Shown here: in pieces, positions 1 through 6,409 of the stretch | Position numbering within the stretch: the first letter of the stretch is position 1 | Layout of the letters: each line of letters begins with the position of its first letter | DNA from: Candidatus Saccharimonadota bacterium | GTDB taxonomy: Bacteria > Patescibacteriota > Gracilibacteria > UBA4473 | Direction: 5' to 3' | DNA: 32,000 bases | Assembly (NCBI GenBank): GCA_965228485.1 | Contig: OZ245819.1 | Coordinates: forward strand, 990,001-1,022,000 | Translations under genes and position numbers: made by a program | The notes under the pieces: generated by a model | Databases searched by the model: none | Seen by the model: the letters and a program-made list of their open reading frames with translations, nothing else | Told to the model about the DNA's origin: nothing

Positions 1-1072
1 TACTAATAGGGTCATCGATAGAGAATCCGTATTTTTTCCCAACCGCTTCTAGAACGGAAAAATACCATCCTTGCGAGTTACTCCCAAGAGAAGCCCAAGG
101 AAGAATTCCGCCTTCTCGAATAGAGAGCTTGGGATTGAGGGAGGCCTCTCGGTTGAGCTCTAATCGGTATCCAAGACCATGGCAGGCTTCACAGGCACCG
201 TGTGGGGAATTAAAAGAGAATAGTCGAGGTTCAATTGGTGGAAATGAAAAACCGCTTTCTGGGTCTGATAGATTTTCAGAAAATAGGTGATCGGTTTCAT
301 CACTCATTCGATGAGCAATAAGAATCCCTTCTCCATATTTTAGCGCGGTTTCTATCGAGTCCAAGACTCGTAGTCGGTCGTCATTTTTTTCTTCGATGTT
401 GCTTCCATCACTCAGTTTTACCACTTTTTTGGCATAAGAAGATTTTACAAGACGGTCTACAACAATTTCAATATCGTGTTTTTTATTTGGATCTAGTTCA
501 ATATCTTCATTAATTGTGTGGATATGTTTATCAATTCGAAGTCGGACAAATCCTGCTTTTTGAATTTTTTCGATTGCATCTCGGTGTTCCCCTTTTTTTC
601 CACGTACAATTGGAGCTAGAATCATAAACTTTTCACCCTTTTCCCATTTATCAATAGCATCCACCATTTGTGCTGGAGTCTGTTTCTGTAACGATCTTCC
701 GGTATCTGGGTTCTTTGGAATTCCTACTTTTGCAAACAGTAGCCGAAGGTAGTCATAGATTTCTGTAACGGTTCCGACGGTAGATCGAGGATTTCGAGGT
801 GCGGTTTTCTGATCAATAGAAATAGCGGGACTGAGTCCTTCGATTGATTCCACTTCAGGCTTTTCCTGCATCTGTAGAAACTGCCTTGCATAAGTAGAAA
901 GGCTTTCTACGTATCGTCGTTGTCCTTCGGCATAGATAGTATCAAACGCCAAGCTTGATTTTCCTGAACCAGAAACTCCTGTGACAACGGTAAGTTGATC
1001 TCGAGGAATCTCTACATCTATGTTTTTTAGATTGTGCATTTTGGCACCGCGAACGACAATTTTCTTGGACAT
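1..1072 (-). CDS. uvrA: Excinuclease ABC subunit A (UvrA), N-terminal ~357 codons; the rest lies beyond the left window edge
   Basis: Absent from the ORF track because there is no in-window stop. Hand translation from ATG (1072..1070): MSKKIVVRGAKMHNLKNIDVEIPRDQLTVVTGVSGSGKSSLAFDTIYAEGQRRYVESLSTYARQFLQMQEKPEVESIEGLSPAISIDQKT... This shows Walker A GVSGSGKS and the classic UvrA N-terminal signature. The frame is open down to position 1. Confidence 0.93.
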   Translation of the reverse strand, partial: MSKKIVVRGAKMHNLKNIDVEIPRDQLTVVTGVSGSGKSSLAFDTIYAEGQRRYVESLSTYARQFLQMQEKPEVESIEGLSPAISIDQKTAPRNPRSTVGTVTEIYDYLRLLFAKVGIPKNPDTGRSLQKQTPAQMVDAIDKWEKGEKFMILAPIVRGKKGEHRDAIEKIQKAGFVRLRIDKHIHTINEDIELDPNKKHDIEIVVDRLVKSSYAKKVVKLSDGSNIEEKNDDRLRVLDSIETALKYGEGILIAHRMSDETDHLFSENLSDPESGFSFPPIEPRLFSFNSPHGACEACHGLGYRLELNREASLNPKLSIREGGILPWASLGSNSQGWYFSVLEAVGKKYGFSIDDPIS

Positions 1073-1094
1073 GTGGAATTATGAGGGTAATTGA

Positions 1095-1122
1095 AATACA
1101 TAAAAAGCCCCTCGTGGGGCTT
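1095..1122 (-). terminator. Intrinsic-terminator-like hairpin oriented on the minus strand, upstream of the uvrA start
   Basis: 7-bp GC-rich stem AAGCCCC/GGGGCTT (1105..1111 and 1116..1122) with a 4-nt loop. On the minus strand it is followed by TTTTTATGTATTT. Confidence 0.45.
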
Positions 1123-1151
1123 CTTGCGACAGCGAGAGCCTAGCGATTGGA

Positions 1152-1180
1152 TTGCTTTTTGTCAAAAGATTTAGTATACT
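1152..1180 (+). promoter_or_regulatory. Sigma70-type promoter candidate, TTGCTT-17 nt-TATACT, 6 nt before the ATG at 1187
   Basis: -35 TTGCTT at 1152..1157, 17-nt spacer, -10 TATACT at 1175..1180. The start codon at 1187 implies a leaderless transcript. Confidence 0.45.
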
Positions 1181-1186
1181 GAAGTA

Positions 1187-1609
1187 ATGAAACACAAATC
1201 CATGGATTCGTTTATTGCCACTCGTAGAGAAGTTCCTCTGGAGGCTGATTTTGAGTTTGAGCGTCAAATTCTTACTATGCTTGGATTCAGTGATGATGAT
1301 ATTTCTGCGTATGAGTCGGAAGTCTTAGATGCTGTTCGTGGAGATAAAGACATTACTCTACAGGAAATAGCTGCATTATCGGATGACCCAGAAGCCCCCA
1401 ATATTTTTCGTGCTAAAAAAGAACCAATACTTCAAAAAGCATTGGCTGAAAAGGGTTTTAGTATGGAGGATTTTGATGAGGCTGTGGATTTTTTACACGC
1501 TCCACGAGTTAAACAGGCTATCGAAGCTCGAGCAGAAGAGAATGGAGGAGATGTTTTGGAGGCGGTGACCTATGTAAGAGAGCGTATAAAGGAGCGAGTA
1601 GATTCATAA
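1187..1609 (+). CDS. Hypothetical small, strongly acidic, probably helical cytoplasmic protein (140 aa)
   Basis: ORF-track ORF with an ATG start and TAA stop. D/E-rich, with no TM segment or signal peptide. It has its own promoter candidate and a downstream hairpin. I recognise no family. Confidence 0.7.
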   Translation: MKHKSMDSFIATRREVPLEADFEFERQILTMLGFSDDDISAYESEVLDAVRGDKDITLQEIAALSDDPEAPNIFRAKKEPILQKALAEKGFSMEDFDEAVDFLHAPRVKQAIEARAEENGGDVLEAVTYVRERIKERVDS

Positions 1610-1634
1610 TTTTTTTATCTAGTATTTTTTTAAT

Positions 1635-1664
1635 AAATCTGGTATAATGATCAGATTTATTTTT
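1635..1664 (+). terminator. Hairpin plus T-run after the 140-aa gene; the loop contains TATAAT
   Basis: Stem AAATCTG (1635..1641) / CAGATTT (1652..1658), 10-nt loop GTATAATGAT, followed by ATTTTTG. Confidence 0.4.
1640..1648 (+). promoter_or_regulatory. Extended -10 promoter candidate TGgTATAAT for the 312-aa acidic protein gene
   Basis: TG at 1640..1641 and TATAAT at 1643..1648. There is no good -35. It lies in the loop of the preceding hairpin, 23 nt before the ATG at 1672. Confidence 0.35.
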
Positions 1665-1671
1665 GAAAAAT

Positions 1672-2610
1672 ATGAAATTTCTCAATGGCGGTGGCGGCTC
1701 TGTTGTTTTTCTGGAACGAAGGTTTATCTATCAAGATGCAGAAGTTATTGGAAATGGTGAAACTCCTGGATTTGAAAGTTGGGAGTCTGCAGAAAAAGGA
1801 TTAGAGGATATTTATGGACCAGAAATTCCACCATCGGTTAAAGAAGCTTTTGAAGGATTGCAAGCTGCCGTAAATTTTGAGAACTCTCCGAAAGATGACG
1901 ATATTCGTTCAGAGTCTTTTAGTGCGATGACTCAATTAGTGAATGAAATGAATGCGGCGGGTCAGCCTTCAGAGGAAAACTATCAAAAGGTACAAGATTT
2001 TATTGAAGCTTTAAGAGATTTTTATGAACCTATTGTTATGGCAAAGGAAAAGGCTGTTGTAGTAGATGAAGATCGAGAAAAATTTAGTGATTTAGCGGAT
2101 AAAATTTTAGCAGAAAACGGATTGTATGGAGCGGATCATACGACTCGTTTAGAGTTTTTTGAAAATTTAGGAGAGGTTGATCCAGAAGATATTTCTAAAA
2201 CTGTAGATTGGTTACGAAAAGAGTTTAATGAGCATGGATTTAAAGATTTTGAAGAATCTTATCCTTCATTTAAGAAATATCTTCAAAAATTTTGGGAACA
2301 ACTACTTGATAATTCAACAGATGTTTTTGAAGATGAAGATTTAAAATTCTTGAGAGATTACTTGGGGATTTCAGAACCAGTTGAAGAACTTCCGAAACCT
2401 GGAACTGAAAGGGAAACTCGTTTGGCAGAAGAACTAAAATCAGGAGAAAAGGTTCTTTCATCAGCCTATAAAGAACGATCGGTAGCCCCTGCAGATGCAG
2501 ATATTGTTGGAAAAGCTCCAGACGTATTGTTGGCGGAATTGGATAAGGAGACAGCTGATCGCTTTGGAGATTCTGCTTTTGGCTCTTTCTCTCCAGATCA
2601 ATTTGCCTAG
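1672..2610 (+). CDS. Hypothetical very acidic soluble protein (312 aa from the ATG; the ORF track starts it at TTG 1663)
   Basis: Long ORF, MKFLNGGGGSVVFLERRF... Extremely D/E-rich with no TM segment. It shares short motifs with the upstream 140-aa protein (EDFDEAVDFL vs EDISKTVDWL). The TAG stop overlaps the stop of the convergent GT4 gene. Confidence 0.7.
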   Translation: MKFLNGGGGSVVFLERRFIYQDAEVIGNGETPGFESWESAEKGLEDIYGPEIPPSVKEAFEGLQAAVNFENSPKDDDIRSESFSAMTQLVNEMNAAGQPSEENYQKVQDFIEALRDFYEPIVMAKEKAVVVDEDREKFSDLADKILAENGLYGADHTTRLEFFENLGEVDPEDISKTVDWLRKEFNEHGFKDFEESYPSFKKYLQKFWEQLLDNSTDVFEDEDLKFLRDYLGISEPVEELPKPGTERETRLAEELKSGEKVLSSAYKERSVAPADADIVGKAPDVLLAELDKETADRFGDSAFGSFSPDQFA

Positions 2611-3770
2611 TCGGTCAGTAAGATATCCATTAAATGTTTCTTGGTAATTTCTAAATCAAAATGTTTTTTGACAAATGATTGAGCTTTTTGTGTTAGTTTT
2701 TTTACCGATTCTGGATTATCAGCAAAAAAACCAATAGATTCAGCTAAACTCATAGCATTATTCACTTCTACAAGTGGAATTTCTTCATTGGAGAGCGCTG
2801 AGAACTCTTTGAGATATTGTCTAATAATCTCTCGAGGACCGGTTTGGTCAAAAGCTATAACGAGTTTTCCTAGTGATAAGGCTTCGATGACCACACGACC
2901 AAATGTTTCAGGTTCGGTAGGAGTAAAGACCACCGCATCAAACTGATTAATAGTCTCTAATGGGTTTTCTACGCTTGGCTTTAGTACGAGATTATTTAAT
3001 TTTCTTTTATCGATAAAATCTTGGATTTCTTTTTCGTATTTTATGGTATCTGGATTTGTTTTGACCGAATCTCCGAGAATAGTAAATTTCAAGTCAGGAT
3101 TTCTTTCAAGTAGTAAATCAGCAGCTTCAGCAAAATAGATTTGTCCTTTTCTAGGGTCAATTCGTCCAATGTTTAGAACTTTTAATACCTGCTGAGTTTC
3201 ATTGGTGGCGGTGATTTTTTGGAAGTTAACACCATTCTCAACAATCCGAATTTTTGAATGATCTTTTTCATCAAAATTCTTTCGAAGCCAGTTTCTGGTT
3301 GGAACACTATTGGCAATTACTGTATTTGCTTTTCTTCCAATAGATTTGATAAGTATTTCTGGCCGAGTGGTAAAGTCATGAAACATCGTAATCCATTGTC
3401 CTTTCCACCCTAAAGAATGCACAAACCACATGATGAAATGAGTTCGAGGGGTATTGGTGAATACTGTTTTAATTTTGTGCTGTTTTAGTGTTTTTTTTAA
3501 CTTTATAGCAGCCAACAAAAGTTTTATAACGGCAAGGATTTTATTAATCTTTCCCCCTTTAACTCCTGGGTAATCAAAGTTTTGGATAGGAATGTTTTGG
3601 GGAAGTCTTTTTTTGTAGTTTTTGGCTTCAGCTCCAATAATTATCGGACGGAGTCTTCTAATGTCAGTCGGGCTGAGAGTTTCAAAAAAATCGAGTAGGA
3701 AGTGTTCTGCCCCACCAACAAATTCTGCTTGATCAAGAAAGGCAATTTTGTATTCAGTATTTTGGCTCAT
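2607..3770 (-). CDS. GT-B fold glycosyltransferase, family 4/1-like
   Basis: 387 aa. C-terminal EX7E motif region ...FTPTEPETFGRVVIEALSLGKLVIAFDQTGPREII... is typical of GT4 (Glycos_transf_1). Its ATG overlaps the comEC stop (ATGA at 3767..3770). Confidence 0.85.
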   Translation of the reverse strand: MSQNTEYKIAFLDQAEFVGGAEHFLLDFFETLSPTDIRRLRPIIIGAEAKNYKKRLPQNIPIQNFDYPGVKGGKINKILAVIKLLLAAIKLKKTLKQHKIKTVFTNTPRTHFIMWFVHSLGWKGQWITMFHDFTTRPEILIKSIGRKANTVIANSVPTRNWLRKNFDEKDHSKIRIVENGVNFQKITATNETQQVLKVLNIGRIDPRKGQIYFAEAADLLLERNPDLKFTILGDSVKTNPDTIKYEKEIQDFIDKRKLNNLVLKPSVENPLETINQFDAVVFTPTEPETFGRVVIEALSLGKLVIAFDQTGPREIIRQYLKEFSALSNEEIPLVEVNNAMSLAESIGFFADNPESVKKLTQKAQSFVKKHFDLEITKKHLMDILLTD

Positions 3771-5245
3771 GTGTTTTCGATTTTCTTCGGATTGCTTGAG
3801 AAATCAAGTTTGCTGAAGAATGGCATAAGAAAATGGCGTTCATAGTAATGGCTAAATTGTGTCCAAAAAAAGAAAACTATTTGCATTCCTAATCCTGTAT
3901 AGGTTATCACTAATGGTAAATTTATAATTCCTAAGTTTTTAAATGTTTGAGCAATCATCAATAAAAGATTGATACACCAAAAATCTATAAAGGTTAAGAT
4001 TTCTCCTAATAATGGAGTGCTGTGAAAGAGGTTTAGTGCGGCTGTATTTATCATAATAAGTGGAACAAGAGGTTCTACTAGGAGATTGGTAATAAACCCA
4101 CTTGCCGGGAAATTCCCAAAAGTAATCATAATAATTGGTAAGACACTTATTTGAGCGCTGAATGTTGCACTTATGAGTAAACTTAAGTGGGTATTTGTGT
4201 ATGAATGTAGATATTTAAAAATTATAGGACTTAGAAGGATTATCCCTAGAGTAGAGGTAAAACTAAGCCAAAAGCTCACACTGTGAGTCAAAATTAATGG
4301 ATTTAGGACTGCCATAAATAAGGCGGCTAATAGTAGGAGGTTCCGGCTTTCGCCTCTTCTTCCGATCAATAGGCAAAAACTTGTTACTACCCCTAATATT
4401 ACAGCTCTATTAATAGGAGGATCAGGGCCGACCAATAACCAGAAAAAAATAATAATAAGACTACTTATTACCCCCGTCAGATAAGGACCAAGTCTTTTAC
4501 AGCAAATAACCACAAAACAAATAAGAAAACTAACATTAGAACCTGAAACTACAATTAAGTGTTGTAATCCAGAATTTTTAATGGCATTAGAGGTAGTGTT
4601 ATCTAGACTTTCTTTGGCTCCGATGGTCATTCCCAGAGCTATTATTGAATGTGGTTCTGGAAGCTTTGTTTTAATATTTTTTTCAAAGGTTTGACGTAGT
4701 TTTTGACTAGGCTGAAATATCGGATTTGAGGAATTAATAATTTCTATTTTTTGAGGAAGCCTTACGATTCCTGATATTTGAAATTGTCGAAGATACCTTT
4801 TGTAGTCAAAGGATTTATGATTTTTTATGGGTTTGATTTTTCCAGTGAATTTTATGGTTTGTCCTGGTAGAAGTAGGGGGGTGTTTTTGTGTTCTAAGAG
4901 AATTTTTCCCTGTGTTTTTTGATTATTTATTTTGATGATTTCTATATGGTTTCGGAAGTTTTTGTTTTCTTGAGCATAGTTTTTTACCATTCCTTCTATC
5001 TGAACTTCTTTTTCATAGAAGACTGGTGAAACTCTTTGCTGATTAGTCTTGGTGTGGAAATAATGGCCGTAAAAAAAGGTGACAATAAAAATTAGAACTC
5101 CAGTTTGAATGTGTTGATTTTTTGTCAGCACTAAAAGGAGTATCAGTAAAAATAGAATTACCAGAACAGGCATAAACTGCCCAAGGATAAGCCCCAGCAG
5201 GGCTATTATTAGATATATTCGTGTAAGTTTACTGGGAGAAATCAC
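3767..5245 (-). CDS. comEC: ComEC/Rec2-family DNA internalisation channel, short form (OB/DUF4131 plus polytopic competence domain, no C-terminal metallo-beta-lactamase domain)
   Basis: 492 aa with a GTG start. N-terminal TM segments are followed by a soluble beta-rich insert (VQIEGMVKNYAQE...GKILLEH...) and then about 8 TM segments, including the conserved GLQHLIVVSGSNVSFL motif. The protein ends about 40 aa after the last TM segment. TGA stop. Confidence 0.85.
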   Translation of the reverse strand: MISPSKLTRIYLIIALLGLILGQFMPVLVILFLLILLLVLTKNQHIQTGVLIFIVTFFYGHYFHTKTNQQRVSPVFYEKEVQIEGMVKNYAQENKNFRNHIEIIKINNQKTQGKILLEHKNTPLLLPGQTIKFTGKIKPIKNHKSFDYKRYLRQFQISGIVRLPQKIEIINSSNPIFQPSQKLRQTFEKNIKTKLPEPHSIIALGMTIGAKESLDNTTSNAIKNSGLQHLIVVSGSNVSFLICFVVICCKRLGPYLTGVISSLIIIFFWLLVGPDPPINRAVILGVVTSFCLLIGRRGESRNLLLLAALFMAVLNPLILTHSVSFWLSFTSTLGIILLSPIIFKYLHSYTNTHLSLLISATFSAQISVLPIIMITFGNFPASGFITNLLVEPLVPLIMINTAALNLFHSTPLLGEILTFIDFWCINLLLMIAQTFKNLGIINLPLVITYTGLGMQIVFFFWTQFSHYYERHFLMPFFSKLDFSSNPKKIENT

Positions 5246-5309
5246 TAAAAAAGACTCTGCGGTTTTGGACTAGAGAGTAAAGCTTAAGACTTAACCCATT
5301 GCTAACATA

Positions 5310-6371
5310 CTATTGAAAGTAGTTATATGGATTTACTTTTCTCCCTCTAATTCTCAATTCAAAATGAAGGTGGATTCCTGTGACTCCAAACACTCGTCCA
5401 GTGTTTCCCATAAGAGCTACTAGTTGACCTGATTTGACTTGGTCCCCTTCGCTAACTTTTAAGACGTTGTTATGTCCATAGAGTGTTTCAACTCCATTCC
5501 CATGGTCGATAATTATATAGTTTCCATAACCATAGTTCCATCCATTTTTGGCTACCTTCACCGTTCCTCCAGCTGAGGCGTAGATAGGGGTATTCATCTT
5601 ATTGGCAATATCGATGGCATAGTGGTTTTTTTTGTATCCTTGAGTTAACACTCCTCGTGTTGGACGAATAAGATCGAATCCAATCGAACCAAGATTTCCA
5701 CTACTGGTTTGAGTGGCTCTGTTTCCACTAGCAATGTAGTTGTTGATAGGGACTGGTTTTTCGGCAATAAATACTCTTTCCGCTCCAGGGACAAAAAGTT
5801 CTTGCCCAGATTTAATGACATCTCCTGATAGGCCGTTGTAGGTACGGATTTTTTGAATGTCTACTCTATGGGCTTTGGCGACTTCACTGAGAGTGTCCCG
5901 TGTTTGAACTTCATAATAAACTCCGTCAACTGGAGGGATACGAAGTTTTTGCCCAAGGCTTAGTTTTGATTTTGCAGTTATATTGTTTGCCCAAAGAATT
6001 GTCGGCGGTTTAAGTCCTAGTTTATGGGCAATGCTCCAGACGGTATCCTTTGGTTTCACGGTATAATAGATTGTAGAGTCTCTTTTTTTCATGATTACTT
6101 TCTGACCTTCGGCATCTTCAACGATAATCTGACGGAGGCCTGCGGTGTTTACTCCTACAGAATTTTCCAGGAATCCTGGTTCTATGACTCGTAGTAAGTT
6201 TTGTTTTTGAGTAATACCAAGAGGTTCAAAGCTTTGTAACTCTGTGAGATAGGGAGGTCTAAAGCTTAGCAAAAAACATAACAGAAAAGTTAGGCAGATT
6301 ATTTGAAATCCGAATGGGGAATGGAGAACTCTTTCAACTAATATTCGTGCCATGTTTGTATCAAGCGACAC
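5310..6371 (-). CDS. Membrane-anchored peptidoglycan hydrolase: 2x LysM plus M23 (LytM-type) metallopeptidase
   Basis: N-terminal TM segment (FGFQIICLTFLLCFLLSF). Two LysM repeats (YYTVKPKDTVWSIAHKLGL...LRIPP; YYEVQTRDTLSEVAKAH...LFVP). M23 motifs HYAIDIA and GIHLHFELR. The start is uncertain: GTG 6371 or ATG 6353. Confidence 0.88.
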   Translation of the reverse strand: MSLDTNMARILVERVLHSPFGFQIICLTFLLCFLLSFRPPYLTELQSFEPLGITQKQNLLRVIEPGFLENSVGVNTAGLRQIIVEDAEGQKVIMKKRDSTIYYTVKPKDTVWSIAHKLGLKPPTILWANNITAKSKLSLGQKLRIPPVDGVYYEVQTRDTLSEVAKAHRVDIQKIRTYNGLSGDVIKSGQELFVPGAERVFIAEKPVPINNYIASGNRATQTSSGNLGSIGFDLIRPTRGVLTQGYKKNHYAIDIANKMNTPIYASAGGTVKVAKNGWNYGYGNYIIIDHGNGVETLYGHNNVLKVSEGDQVKSGQLVALMGNTGRVFGVTGIHLHFELRIRGRKVNPYNYFQ

Positions 6372-6409
6372 TATATTACTGCTTGCTGGCTTGTCAAAGG
6401 CTCGGTAAA

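Noticed and set aside
1-1072. No ORF-track entries across 1..1072 and 28165..32000 despite obviously coding-looking sequence. I considered stop-codon reassignment (code 4/25, as in some CPR lineages) or a non-coding element.
   Set aside because: Hand translation shows both frames are completely open under the standard code: uvrA on the minus strand and a giant ORF on the plus strand. They are missing only because they lack an in-window stop. TGA is used as a genuine stop in the comEC/GT4 ATGA overlap at 3767..3770, and I saw no in-frame TGA in the conserved genes.
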